64,000 bases of DNA, taken from assembly GCA_002633005.1 (NCBI GenBank), contig NMRA01000002.1, forward strand, positions 1,581,023 to 1,645,022, given 5' to 3'. Source of the stretch: Phoronis australis. Lineage: Eukaryota > Animalia > Phoronida. The translations under genes and the position numbers were made by a program. Every line of letters begins with the position of its first letter. Within the stretch, counting starts at the first letter, position 1. A model generated the notes under the pieces. That model was not told where the DNA came from, searched no databases, and saw only the letters and a program-made list of their open reading frames with translations. Positions 11,649-25,430 of the stretch are shown here, one piece after another.

Positions 11649-14600
11649 ATGGAAGGCCCTGCTTGGATAGGCGACCAAGATGTGAAGCGTTTGCTCAATT
11701 TTCAGTCACTGGTGTCTAAAATTGAGAAATCGTTTGTCGATTACAGCCAGGGAAAAGTTATTCAACCAGTTAGATCTGTGGTAGCGTCAGAAAATGGGTA
11801 ACTGTCACTATTAAAGGCCCCGTTCTAAGGCGAAATGTAGTCTAACACTGAACAACAACACTAGACACTGGCAGTGCAGACATCATTGTTTACTCCCCGA
11901 TAAACCCAAACATAATTTAGCCAAAGACTGTTTTGAACTGTAGGTTCCCCTGAGTGCATCAGTGTCACCTGAGCAAGTTTTTGTTTGGCCTGTTGTGTGA
12001 AAGGTCGCATTGAAAGTAAGTTTATTTCAAACATCATTGGCATACTAGCCATACTAATCATATGAACTACCTACAGCACTGTATGTTGGGTAGGCTGAGT
12101 AGTAAACCAGTTTAGTGTACCTGCAGAAATATGATATGGATTGTCTACTCATTTTGCACAAAAATAATTGGTAATGTTTCTATTTTTCAAATGCAATTCC
12201 TGTGCTGAATTAATGAGAGCTTTACAAAGGGTTCCGTGATGTCTAGGCTACTCAATCTTAGCTCAGTAATACTAGGCTACATTTTTCTTAATTTTGAGTT
12301 TTGTTGAGAAATGTGAAATGGATGAAAAATTACCATAAAACAAATTTCTGTTTTTTGAAATATATATATATATCAACACAGGATCTAATTTGAACTTTAA
12401 CCTTTTAGGTTCCTCGGCTTGATGCCAACCCTGAGTCAAGAAGACAAGATCATGGGAACGAAGTTAGTGACGTTTTTTCCACAAAACAAAGATGTCCCTT
12501 CACATCATGCTATTATCACTTTGTTTGATGCTACCAATGGGGTGCCCATAGTGGTCAGTAGCTGACAAACTGAAAGACGAGCTATCAGTTCTTGAAGTGA
12601 ATTATTTTATCACTTTTGAAACTGGTATTGTTGTGTTAGTAAATTTTTATTAATCTCTTAAATGGATAGTCTATAATTAATGAGAGAAACTCGTGTGAAC
12701 TAGAGAAACCTAATCATTTTTCATCCAGAGTTTCCACTGGCCACTTTATTTCTGTGAAAGCTTCCCTTTTTGAAGGAAGATTTTGTATAGCACAGTACTA
12801 AAATGGCCATTTGGCTTTATTTAAATTTACTTTCATAGAACATTCTATTCAACGGATTTCCATGGATGATCCATATGTGGGATTGTCTTGTGCACGTCCA
12901 TGCTTTCCAATTGTCAAAATTTTGTTGTGAATGTTTGTCTGAGAAGGTAAAGCTAGACGAATTATTGTCCTTATTTCGATCATGGTTTCTTTTTATTTTC
13001 AAAAATGAATTCATCTAATATTGTTTAATTGACTCTAAACTTCAATGTCTTTCCTGTGTGTATCTTTATCTGTTTACAGATTATGGATGGTGAGTACATC
13101 ACAGCCATGCGAACTGCTGCTGCTTCTGCTGTTGCCACAAAGGTGAGTCACACACAAGTGACATACCATACTTAGTACTCATTCAGGTTTGTTTCAATAT
13201 TGTTTAGTTTTATCACTAGTCAATAGATGGCGTTGCTAGTAACGAGTCAGCCTCTCTCATTCCCACCCATGCTCTGCTTAGCAGTCGCCTCCAGTTTATA
13301 CATCAGGGCCAGTGTCTTTGCGACGCTCGTCTCAAAAGAATTTTAGCTCCCAAAACGTAAACAACACCCCTTTGATATATGGCCAGATTTTGCCCTGGGT
13401 ACCTTGTCATATTAAGTTCGGAAAATGCTTTTTGCCAAAGGAGACATGAAATGGTTCTTTAGGACCATGGATATTCTATTATTTTCGTGCTTATGTGCAG
13501 ACATTTTAATTGCCAATGCTCACATTAGCCCACATCTCAATTTTGAAATTCCTCAATTTAAATGCTTTAGGTTTTAACCCAGACCGGTGCAGCACTAGCA
13601 CACATTTCTGAAGATTGCCCTCTGGAAAAAAAGACTCACTGATATTACAATGATGAGCTGTTGCAATTTCCAACAGTAGTTAAGGATGCCGTTGTTGTGT
13701 ATTGATTTTGTGGTTTACCTGACCTGTATAATAGTAGATACATTTTTAATGGAAACATGTTTTTGTTGAGTCATTCAAAATTTACTTTTTATAAAGATTG
13801 ATATTTTTGATTAACTAAGTATGTAAAAATTCTTTGCAGGTGTAAATAATGTAATCGATAAAATATTAAAAATATATAAAAAGTCAGTCATCATTTTTAA
13901 AACGTATTTGTCTATTTACACCAACCTGTAGCCTGTTTCCATTAGCACGGTTTTTCAGATGTTAGAAATGATGTTTCTACAACACCTTCTCAAAGGACGT
14001 GGAAATCAGTCATGCACTAGATGTAACAATTTTAACTTGATTTCGAGCTGTTCATTGAAGTTTCATATCAGAGGGATGCAAAATTTCTTTGGATCCAATG
14101 GTTACGGGATTATATTAATGACTGGGTTAAAGTTGAAGGAGTGTTTTTGAAACAGGAATTCAAAATTGAAAACTGCAACTGTTTGCTGCAAATTTATTCA
14201 GCACTGATTTACTGTTATTTTTGTTTTAGTACCTTGCAATGGAGAATTCAAAGACGTTGGCCATTCTTGGTTCAGGAGTACAAGCGAGGAGCCATTACAA
14301 AGCATTGTCATCCATTCGCCAGTTTGATCAAGTATGCCGTCTGCTTTCAGTCTTTACTTGTGTGACTGTTACCACAAAAATGACATCCAGCAGACAGTCG
14401 TCTGCTTTCTACTTGACAAATGTGTTTCTTTGATGAAGTGCTTAACATTGGTCCACAAAAAATTACTCTTCAAAAACTTCATTGTACAATCATTATCTTC
14501 ACTGTTGAGTTACTTGGGATAAAATCAACAGTCACTTAATATTTCTCAAATGAGAATTTCACAACATTTAATATTTTATTAACAAGAACATCAACTACGA

Positions 14601-17565
14601 TTAATGTAATCACATCAAAAGTTCCTTGGTTACATGTTAAATGTTCCATTCAAATGCTATTCATAAAAGTGACTATTTATCGTGATACATGATATGGGAC
14701 ATTTAGTTTCAAAGTTCATTCATTTAAGTGATACGAGACCATTTTGGTTCGAAAGGTCATAAAAACGTCATTTTACCATCTGTTCTGTTGTAATTATTTA
14801 TGCTTTGATTGAATATTAAACTGATAGATTTGTTTTTGCTTGTGATATTTTGCCGACACCAACATAAAGTTAACTGCTGAACAGCATTTAGTAGACCCAA
14901 AATTATTTTCAAATTGATGTTATCTAAGATGCGCAGAAAAATACTAAAAACATTTAGAATTATTGAAGCTTTTTGTTGTGAAACGAGATAAAAATAAATG
15001 AGTTAACAGTTCTGGAAGTTCCGGTAGATATTGTTGATCAAGCAAAATTTGAAATCTTGGTATAGTCACACAAAGCTACCGTGGCGTTTCACCCATCTAG
15101 AGGTTAAGAGTGAACATTTCTCCAAAGTCCTTGTTTTGATAGACTGATATTCGTATGATAATTTTGCTTGAGTTGTCTTCAAAATAGGTCAGGATATGGT
15201 CAAGGTCGTATGACAATGCGAGACGTCTGGCTGCAGAAATTGGTGCCGAAGCATGTGAAAACGTAAAAGAAGCAGTGCATGATGCTGATGTCATAGTTAC
15301 CGTGACTTCATCAACTACACCGGTCTTGATGAAGGATTGGGTAAAAGAGGGCGCTCATATCAACGGTGAGTTGTGTTGGAACTGTCTTTTTCAGTCAGGA
15401 ATATATTTGAGTGCAATTAGGTATACTTTGAGTGGGAATATGCTTTAAGTTTGCATAGGCGAATTTAGGGGAAACTTCTCAACCCCCCTTCCAGCGCCCC
15501 TTCAAGCCAAAAATGACAGCATACCATTTTAGTTAAGGTCATGTTGCAAATGCGGTAACTGATCTACTACACACAATAGGAACTTTCCTGATATGTAGTC
15601 CTCTTGACAACGATGGGACTTGTACAAATCTATTGACGAAGTACAACGGCGCTGTGTAAAGAGCGGAGTTTTTAATGAAAAACAAAAGGTGCCATAGTAC
15701 GAATTTTAGTCATGTTGTTCCAACCACCACAAACACAGCTCCTCACCATTGTCAACATTTCTTTAATAAATTTGAAAATATCAAGTAACCTCTCCAGTCG
15801 AATGCTGACAACTGGAAGCCAGGTCATGTGGTATTGTTCGTTCATGTTACTAAGTCACTTGGGAAGCCAACATCAGTCTAGTGGCTTATTAGTTGTCTTT
15901 GTTCTATACTTCTAGGATTTCAGTGTCGTTTATTTACTTGTCACCAAGTCTTTTTTCATACTTACAAATGATAGAGTTTTTAACGTTTAAAGACATTTCT
16001 GGTTCTTCAGCTGTTGGAGCTTGTCGACCTGACCAACAGGAGTTGGACCCAGAATTAGTTAGACACTCACAGTTGTATGTGGACTCAATAGATGGCGCTA
16101 AGAAAGAGTCAGGCGATGTCATCTTGTCAAAGGTAAAATTGGTTGTTATGTTCTTTTTTCTTTTGTTATTTGGGGGGAAGACATCGAATCAACTGAAAAC
16201 CAAACGTACAACATTGGGAAAGCAGTAACAGTTAGTTGCCCATTGGGAAATGCTATGTAGCACATAATGACATGTGATGTAATGAAATTTGTCCAGCTCA
16301 TACAAAAACAGTTACAAGTTTTTATGTACAGTTTACTGTTTAAGATAAAATAAATGTGCAAAGTAAACATTTTTTTTTTCTTTGCAGGCTACTATTCATT
16401 CTGAAATTGGGGAGATGCTACTTGGAAAAGTAGAGGTGTCAAAGGAAAAAACAACCGTTTTCAAATCTCTAGGCAAGTGTAACAAATGCAGATATGCTTC
16501 GATATCATCATCTTTTTATTTCTTTATGTACTGGTCTCAAAAACATTGCATGACAGACAGGATTTATTTTAGCCTTAGAAAGTGAATAGCCAACAAACAC
16601 CTAGACCACGTACACTGTTGTACACAATTTGATACATGTGTACATTCAAACTTACAAGTGATTTTGCCCTGTTAATGAGCTGGCTAAAAATCTATATTGG
16701 TCTCAAAACATTCCGGTTTCGTTTTTCGCCAACTATACAGGGTGAAATGCAGCCTTAAACATTTAGTTTTCATTTATCTGGCTGTTTTACTTTAAGAAAG
16801 AGTTTGTTTATTGTACCATCTCAGATTTTTGAAAATGATTTTAACATTTTATGACTGTTGCTGCTGCGCTTCATTGAAATTGATTAATCTCTCTTTTTGT
16901 CAGCTAGCAAAGCCAAATCATTGGTGTCCTGTGATGACTTGCATCTCATGAACCAATCAAACTTCATACCCATCTAGTTGATCTGGCTGACCCAGTGTAC
17001 AGCAGGAGAGTAGATTAAGTGCAGGCAGCCATTTAGAACTCGTTATATTTTGAATTGTGTTGAACAAGATGTGATTATTAAAGCTAAAACATGTAGTTGG
17101 TTTTGGTCTTTTTTAATTGATGTAGTGGTGCAGAATTTTTACTTGTTGACTCTGAACACGTCACCTTATGCCAGCTGAAATGGGTCGCATGCTTTTTTCA
17201 AAAAATGCCAGACAAAGGTTTTGAAGGGATTCGGTTGCAAACCAGAAACAATTATCCTCAGGCCTTAGCAGTGAGTTATAATCTTAACGACGGAGCATTC
17301 CATTGTGTAAGTTTCTTGCATGAAAAACAAGATCATGCAAAACATGTGAACGAAATGCATGTGATACGCTCTTAAGCTCAACAGCAAAATGGTCACCTGT
17401 GGAGCAAAGGTATCTGGAAATGTCTTGCATTATAGAATGCGCCCTCAAAAGGCTTCTGAATTGACTTCACTGAATCAGTATTTTTCTTTCACAGGTATGG
17501 GAGTGCAAGACTTGGTGGCTGCTAAACTTGTGTGGGATTGTCACAGCAGAGAGAAAGGACTATGA
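11649..17565 (+). CDS. CRYM: Ketimine reductase mu-crystallin (ornithine cyclodeaminase/mu-crystallin family), complete, 8 exons
   Basis: Exons 11649-11797, 12409-12553, 13080-13142, 14230-14331, 15188-15365, 16011-16132, 16388-16472, 17495-17565. Motifs: VIQPVR, GFLGLMP, GTKLVTFFP, MDGEYITAMRTAAASAVATK, LAILGSGVQA, ADVIVTVT, GAHINAVGA, ESGD, TTVFKSLGMGVQD. The last intron has a GC donor. Confidence 0.96.
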
Positions 17566-19590
17566 TTGTCACACATTCTCTGGACCATGTCCAGTTTGAA
17601 CCCAGAGGCCAGCAGTGTAGGCATTGACCTCGTTAACATATCAAAGACAATAAATTTCTGTAAGAGGTCTGTGCGTCGGTTTCTAACTTAAGCGATGTTT
17701 AATGACGATATTGTTGATGACTTAAGAGACCAGTCTGTGAGACGTTGCCCCCTTACATTATTTGGCATTGGTATGACCTCGGGTGTGCTCCGTGTTTTGC
17801 AAGAAACTCGCAAAAGTAGATTCAGGCAAGACCACAGAAATTATGCAGCCAAAGGTTTGGCGATTATGCTTTGGATTTTATTGGTGTACGCTAGCAAATT
17901 GGAAGCTACTGAAATGATTATTTCAGAGAATTTGGAATGTTGAATTTGAATAGAATAGACATTTTCTGTTTCGTAAGCAAATGTTTCTCGCCTGTTTCGT
18001 GTCTTGCCTTGACGGAACGCACCCAAGTTTAAAAAATTTGAAGACTACAATTTCAGCCGTGGCTTATGCTGTATTATGTATTTGATTGCTTTTCTTTTTT
18101 AAGCTTGCAAAACATTTAGGAAAATAAACAATGTTTTGTGCCGTGGATAGGTTGGCATTCAGTTAGTTTTACCTCATTATGTAACATTTTTTAATTGATT
18201 TTCGCAAGCAGTTTTTTTAATACTCTAGTGTCTATTTGAAAGGTTGAGGAATTTGATTTTGTAAACTGATCTAGAGACTACTCTAACTGTTACTTTGTAC
18301 TGGTAATACATGTGATACTAAGGGAAGTAAAAATGTGAATCCAATGATTATGTGAAATCATTCACATCCAAGGTGTCCTAACTTAATTCACAAATATCCA
18401 GGCTGGAATGTATTCCCTGTATCAAGACGCGGAGTAGGACTTGCACCCTTTGGTTGATAAACATTCCAAATCTCACGTGGGATAGTGAAATAAGGCAAAT
18501 GCTACCTCACATGTTGAGCAAACTATAAAACATAACTCACAAAACAAAAATATTCAACTTTCAATGTACTTGACGTCATCCCTATTCAGTGTGGTGGATC
18601 AGACACGAGACCATCTTCTATGGAAAAACTTAAGGCCATGTTCGAAGCGCGTTTCAATCAAATCATAATTTCTGGCCAAATTGTAATTAAATGTGCGTTA
18701 AGACTAGTCTGCCATGGTTTCGCACCACCAACATCAATAGAATTGATAAGACGCCTTGGAAATAGATCGTATAACATTAGAGTAAGAACATAAGTGTGGC
18801 AAAAACTCATCATACTGTCTGTCCTTGTGTATTGGCTAAACGGTTGCATTCCAAGTATTCATCACCAAAGTATATCAAATTATGCAAAATAAACATAGTT
18901 TTATTTGAAGCGGACACAGACAAGGAGTGTAAGATTACACGGTGACTACGCTATAATCTGATAATGACACCATCGGTCACTGAGTTATAAACAGAAATAA
19001 CTAAAATCCCAACATAACTATAAAACTTAAAACTACCTTCAAAAAAAAGATCCAGCTACAATTTTTGATACCCACTAATGTTTAGCTTCATATTAAGATA
19101 CCTTAAAGAAATAGTAAACATGGGGCCTGAAAGTTTACTAAAACGTTGCAACTTCACAGCATTTTTATACGCAACCTAACAGTATAAATGGAGACTTGTC
19201 ACCAGTGGAGCAATTCTCTGTTCGACATTAAAAAATATGAGCTTGCGACATTTTAGTGAAACGGGCACCAGAACCTAATGTACAATCAGTGAGTGGACTG
19301 AACCTGGTTTCGTTTCACTCTTCTTGAGATCGTTTAAGTGGTACTGATACCAGACTTCATGACTTCCTTTAACGATGGCAAAATTAATTAGTTGTCCATA
19401 GACACAAAGCAGTATAGTTGAAGACGGTAACCACTCAAAAATATCATTTAAACAATTTAGTGATGGATACAAATTAGCTAAGAAAATGTGAGGTTGGGAA
19501 ACCTTAAGCTAAAACAACTTAAAAATAGACTAGAACATATATGCACTTTGTACGCGATTTCCATAGCATAAGTTGTGGTTTGGCCGGTCG

Positions 19591-20607
19591 TTACAGCAAA
19601 GACATAGGTAAATTGCTCCAATCGATCTGTGCCTTTCCCTTCTTCTTCAAGTAGGCATTAGCTTTAGAGAAGTGATTACAGTCGAAGAATCCACGGTGAG
19701 CTGACAATGGTGAGGGGTGGACACCCTTCAAAACACAGTGCTTCTTGGTGTCTATGCATGATCCCTTCTTCTGTGCGTATGAGCCCCACAGTAAGAAGAC
19801 CACGTCCTTCTGGTTATTGTTCAACCATCGGATGACTGCATCCGTAAATTTTTCCCAGCCCTGGTCCTTATGCGAGTTGGCCTGAGACGCTCTCACAGTC
19901 AGACAGGCGTTAAGAAGCAGAACCCCTTGTTTGGCCCATCCAGTCAAATTTCCATGCTCTGGTCGCTTGAACCCGGGTATATCGGTCTCCAGTAGTTTAT
20001 ACATATTGATTAAACTTGGAGGGGGTGGGACCCCAGCTTGCACTGAAAAACAAAGCCCGTGAGCCTGCCCGGGACCATGGTAGGGGTCTTGACCGAGGAT
20101 GACAACTTTAACATCGGTGACGTCACACATCTGGGTCCACGAGAACACCTGGTGAGATGGCGGATAAATGGTGTATTTCTGTCGTTCTTTGTCCACAAAC
20201 CTACACAGCTTTTTGAAATAGTCTTTGGAGAACTCGGCTTGCAGTGCCTCAAACCAGGTTGTTCCCATGTTCTTAATGAGTCCCAGAGAGTTCGTTTGCG
20301 CAAGTTTCATTCTGGCAGCCATCCTGTTGTCCTCCATTCTTTGCTTCTGTTCAGGAGATACCGCCTGCTTCACATCCAAGCGAGGTTTTTTAACAGGTGT
20401 GCCATCACCTTGCGCTTTCCCAACGTCACATGGCCCGGACTTCATGCGTTTCTTTGCCATTTCAGTTTCACTATCTAGTTTCGCGTTGGCATTCAGATGT
20501 TTATCGTCTGTAGATTGATTTATCGATGCCGATGACGATGTCAGCACCGGCGGCTTCTTGGCTGGAATGGATTTGAAAAATGCCGATATCTTTTGTTGAC
20601 CAATCAT
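19591..20607 (-). CDS. UNG: Uracil-DNA glycosylase (family 1, nuclear UNG2-type N-terminus), intronless, 338 aa
   Basis: ATG at 20607 gives [11 protein letters not shown] (PCNA PIP box), then an RPA-binding-like helix [15 protein letters not shown] and the catalytic motifs GQDPYH, PPPPSL, GVLLLN and HPSPLS. The ORF track's start at 20637 is a TTG. Confidence 0.97.
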   Translation of the reverse strand: MIGQQKISAFFKSIPAKKPPVLTSSSASINQSTDDKHLNANAKLDSETEMAKKRMKSGPCDVGKAQGDGTPVKKPRLDVKQAVSPEQKQRMEDNRMAARMKLAQTNSLGLIKNMGTTWFEALQAEFSKDYFKKLCRFVDKERQKYTIYPPSHQVFSWTQMCDVTDVKVVILGQDPYHGPGQAHGLCFSVQAGVPPPPSLINMYKLLETDIPGFKRPEHGNLTGWAKQGVLLLNACLTVRASQANSHKDQGWEKFTDAVIRWLNNNQKDVVFLLWGSYAQKKGSCIDTKKHCVLKGVHPSPLSAHRGFFDCNHFSKANAYLKKKGKAQIDWSNLPMSLL

Positions 20608-20727
20608 CGCAGGTGTGCTGAACTGACTGTTATTCAAATAATTACAAACAAACCTAGAAATTTATATTGTCCGTCCGTTTTAAACTGGCACAAGTCTTCA
20701 GAAAGACGACGGCCTGCGCGACTCAGA

Positions 20728-20764
20728 TTTCCCGCCACACGATTATATGTTAAGGTCAAGGTCA
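20728..20764. promoter_or_regulatory. Candidate UNG promoter elements: E2F site TTTCCCGCC and nuclear-receptor DR0 AGGTCAAGGTCA
   Basis: tttcccgcc at 20728-20736 and aggtcaaggtca at 20753-20764, about 120-160 bp upstream of the ATG. Confidence 0.55.
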
Positions 20765-21565
20765 TCAAGTTTTAAAAACAACAATTGCAGGGGGTGAGCC
20801 GGGTGGGCTCTCTGCTTGCAGTACGAGATTTCATGTTTTGTGTCATTCATTTGTTTTCGATTCTGTTGATAAGAAAAGTCTCGAAAATCTAGAAAATCAC
20901 TAGGTGGACCTTAGCTGTTTGAAAAGACGCATAACTAGGGTGCATTCCATTAGCCGGACAGCGCGCGGGTTCACAATGAAACGAGAGGCCCGAAAACATA
21001 ACAAAAGATTAAAGCTACCTCGAAATCTTGCTACTTTATATGCAACACTTACGATTGGTAGTGAGCCGAGTAACACTGAATTTTGTCACAGACAAGAGAC
21101 GGGTTCACTGCTTGAAAGTACAGTTCCATTCTAGTCCTCTCGAGTCATGAGGAGATAAGAGAAAGCAGCATTTGCACCGCAACACCATTATCACAACTTC
21201 AGCTTACAACAATTTTGACACGTTTACTTTCACATCTGCATTAGCAGATTCATCTTTTGCAAAATGAGATTATGATGGTTATCGGGTTGTGCGTGTGGGA
21301 CCTTGGAAAACTCTTGATTTTGGTTAACTTCGGAATGTCGTATCTCCGAGTCAGTAGAGTGAGTGATTTCCATGAAGTTTTCACTGAGAGGGAAAAATGT
21401 AAATTAAAAAGATTAGAGAAACCACTAGCTTTTGAATTCGTCTCATCTCGATACCGGCTGCATGCAGTCACGAGTTCGCCGAAAATGTACAATTATTCAT
21501 ATTCTCACGGAGTCAGTGCCATGAACATTCATTCTGTAAGCTCAGGAAGGCCTACTATGCTCTAG

Positions 21566-21708
21566 CATGGGCGGCGCACCATAGGGGGCTGGGGCTATAG
21601 CCCCCCCCCCACTTTCAGTGCTACGCCGCACGTACATGGTATAGGCGATGCACCGGGGGGCTGTCGGGGACTTTAGCCCCCCCACTTTTCTGTGCTGCAC
21701 CGGCCATG
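21566..21708. mobile_element. CATGGG-terminated MITE, dimeric form, 5-bp TSD TCTAG
   Basis: tctag[catgggcggcgcacc...ccggccatg]tctag with two internal G-run/C-run subunits. Confidence 0.85.
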
Positions 21709-24453
21709 TCTAGGCATGCACTGTTCTCCAAAACGCTGGGATTACTCATTTAAAATGTTTCACTTCAAGTTGTTTGATGGGCTTATTGCCGCGCAATCAA
21801 TAGGACTTAACAACTGAAGGTGCCTTAAACGAAAGGATAATAGAGAAAACTATAGATCATTTTCTGAGATTTTATCTACAACTTTTAACATTAAAATGTG
21901 GTCATGTTATTGGTCCTCTTATTTTGCTATGAAAGTACCTTAATTCTTGTTTGCTAAGTATTAGTAAAAAGGCATGTTCACGTGACTTAATTAATGGCAG
22001 ATTGGTAAAAATCAAATTTTACTGAATTTTTACTGATGATTGTCTAAATCTTGTTTCTATGGTCCCACATTAGGCTACATAACTACTTTTTGTCACCCGC
22101 TGTACATATGTGGGAGATATGGCATGCACGACCGTCTGCCTGTACGTCCGACACAATGTCGTTGGCGTGATTTGTCCCCCGCACAGCCCGATGTGGGAGA
22201 CATAATATTCACAAAGTCTGTCTGTATGTCACACAATGACGTCACTAAGAGGCCTGATTATCAGGGTAAAGTGATTTAAGAGCCTATGACAACACACATT
22301 TTCGGATGGCATGTGGAACCTGCTACTCGAAATGGCCATTTTGCCGCCGGGGCGTCATGAAGATGCACTGCCGGTAACGGCACAATACGTGGGTCCGGCC
22401 AACCGGGCCGCCTACAGTGCTGACTGGCGCTAACCAGCGGTCTTGGTGGCGGACTGCACCACCAAGTAGTTGCCACGGACGCGGACCCGTGCATGCATGT
22501 CTGGCCGATTTAATTCCGCCGCACCTGTTCCACTGAGGGCCGCCCGCCCACAGATGCAGGCAGCTCGCGGTATCAACGCGTCGCTTGGCTAATCAAAACG
22601 TCGGCTTGAGACTGAAATTGCGGCCCGTGGGATTTCTTCGCCCGCCCGAGAGGCCAAAAACTAGAATGACCCCCGAACGCCCAATTTTAAGCAACGCGGA
22701 CTCTGCGAAATACCTCCAACATTCAAGTTACATAAAAAATCACGTTTAATCAGTACATTCCAAAAGTTGGTCACGTAATTGATTTAAGATAAGTAGTATT
22801 CCACAACAAAAATGTCTAGTTTTGGCCTGCAAGAAATTTCGTTGTCTATAAACTACGTTTGTTCAGTCAATACTGTGAAATGCCTCACCCACTGCCACTG
22901 TTTAGTCTAATACTGCCATTAGCCCATATCTCAATCGCCTCAGATTATTTTCTATTAAGAGACCTACTGAGATTAAAAATGAGTCAAATACAGTACTGTG
23001 TTTAGCTCATTGGTTTGAATAGGACATCTGCAGATGCCCAAAATAACCTTTGGAACTTGTCGTCCTGAGGTTTCCATTCATAGAGGGATCGAGGTCTCAG
23101 TGGTGGGGGGGCCTAAAATTCTCCCAGATTCCATTTGGCACTAGCATATGTGGGGCTCGGTGGGCGAATGCACAATACATAGGCCTTGAATAAACCACGT
23201 TTCGTTTTAGTAAAAAAGTCCACAAACCCAAAAATTCGAGACCCCCTACATCCCAACATGTTAGGCTGGGCGCATGAGGCGAAATTTTTGTTATTCCTGT
23301 GCCCCCCCCAACTCAAAATCCTGCATCCGCCCAAAATATTTCTTGGAGGGAGGCGTACACATCTGGCCTACCCCGCCCAGCAACCAAATATTGCTTGCTT
23401 TAGCTAGGATCCCTTTGAAAACCGGGGAATTTCATTTATTGGTTACCAAGCGTAACAGAAGCACAGCAATTATTGATCGATATACTTTGCTTTTACTTCA
23501 TTCATAAACCCAAACTAGTGTGTAATGAAATGACAATACACGGACCCCTGCACTGGAGCAGTGAGATCTGTGAATTTTTATTTTGATATATCAGTTTATT
23601 TAAAAGCGATTTCAACCGGTGCGTCGCTCATATAATGTAGCTAAAAAATCAACAACATTCGTTTGTGAGATTTGGGTTTTCTGTCTGGTCCAACCCAATG
23701 TACTTTTTGGCACAGGCAATTTAGTGTTCAGTGGCATGTATTGAATCACATGCAAGCTTTGTTGTGGTATCTCGAATGGTACGTTGAACCGTCTTAATTT
23801 TGGGAGATCCATTTTTGGTCTCTTGCAGGCTCTTCGCAGACTACAATTTTTCCGTCATGGGTCATTCGATGCTCAGTGTTGCAAGATCATTCATTTTAGA
23901 TCTGTTTTGACCGGTACGAGGATAACTCAAAAATTTAACAGCACTCTGTTGGTGAGATGAGGAATTTCTACCAGGACCAGCCCATAATGTTTTTATTGTT
24001 ATATACCAGTTTGTGATCAGTGGCATTAATTGATTCAAATGGAATTGTTTTTAATTTGTGGTACATCGAATGTTTTAAAAGGATACTAAACTCTGTTTTA
24101 ATGATTTAATTCAATCCTCGTTCTGCCACCTGGCGTCAATATTGAAGGATAAAAGCAGGAATCAGCCAACAACTCGTACTCTCTATGTCGGAAATTGAAT
24201 ATCGTGGTTCTTGGTGGGTGTTTTTTTCCCCACAGTGCCGCTAAAAGCGTAGGACACGCTTGCGCGTTTAGCAGACTTCGAAAAGAGTTTTCAAATGTCC
24301 TCCAAACTTTTGAGGGTTGTTGGGGGTTACGTACAGAGCATTGTTATATTTCAGAGAATTGGGTAGATAAGTCATTCTTAATATATGGTAATAGGTCACG
24401 ACAGTCTTTGGTATCCTTTTAAGATAGCTCAATTTTGGAGCCCTTTTGGGTTT

Positions 24454-24847
24454 CAGTGCCCAGTTGCATGAAACACTCCCAAATAGAGTTCTCTAAATTT
24501 TCTGCGTGTTTTTGGACTCGTGAAAACATCGATTGCCATTTCTTGTATTGTTTTAGTGCCATTACTACGTCAACTTTTATCTTTGATACAAATCGAGAGT
24601 GAACTCTACATTGAATTGTCAATATTATCGAAAATAATTAGGGATCTTTTCATGCAACATCCCCAACTCTGGGCTCAGTTTTTAGTCATATTATTAGAAA
24701 ATGTCATTAATCAAAGAGGAGATCATAATAAAGATGAATTAATAGAAAAATATTGCATTGTGAGTCCACAAAAACACAAATACGCAAAAAGACTGAGGGA
24801 CCTTAGCTGAGTCCCTATTTGGGACTGTTTCATGCAACCGGCCACTG
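24454..24847. mobile_element. MITE with about 27-bp TIRs (possibly PIF/Harbinger-like)
   Basis: cagtgcccagttgcatgaaacactccc ... gggactgtttcatgcaaccggccactg. Confidence 0.7.
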
Positions 24848-25225
24848 ATGCGCCCTTTCTATAAGGCTCACTGGAGCACGGCTGTTCATCCTGAACTAGT
24901 TTTGGTCGATATCTTCACTATATGATCCCCTTGAAGGGTCCCCAGGGGAAACACACAGCTGCAGACAGCGCGAGACCTAAACTTCCGTACAGTGTACTCT
25001 GAGTGTTCCTGTGAGATGATGTTGGTACCTCGATCATCTGTACTAAGTGCTTATGCCGGTCTAATACGAATTGAAGTTACTTGCAACAGCAAAATACACT
25101 AGAATAAGCATAGAGATTTGCTTGATAATCGATTTCAATGCCACTTAAGTGAGTATGCGTGAACAGAAGACCTTCGGTCAGTGATTTTGTGGGAGGTAGG
25201 AAATGTGATGTTGCCCATGAAATTA

Positions 25226-25430
25226 ATTTCGAATGGCTGTTTCACACGACTGTGGCTCAATACTATACTCCCCTGATTTCGAATGGCTGTTTCACACGAC
25301 TGTGGCTCAATACTATACTCCCCTGATTTCGAATGGCTGTTTCACACGACTGTGGCTCAATACTATACTCCCCTGATTTCGAATGACTGTTTCACACGAC
25401 TGTGGCTCAATACTATACTCCCCTGATTTC
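25226..25430. repeat. 50-bp tandem repeat, 4 copies
   Basis: Unit atttcgaatggctgtttcacacgactgtggctcaatactatactcccctg at 25226, 25276, 25326 and 25376. Confidence 0.97.

Noticed and set aside
16931-16990. Possible C/D snoRNA in a CRYM intron (gtgatga ... ctga)
   Set aside because: No convincing terminal stem or recognisable rRNA-complementary guide.
20010-20518. ORFs overlapping UNG in other frames or on the opposite strand
   Set aside because: Shadow ORFs of the real CDS, with no motifs.
25226-25430. CRISPR-like appearance of regular repeats (also 3688-4530)
   Set aside because: The units are contiguous with no unique spacers, there are no cas genes, and the context is eukaryotic.
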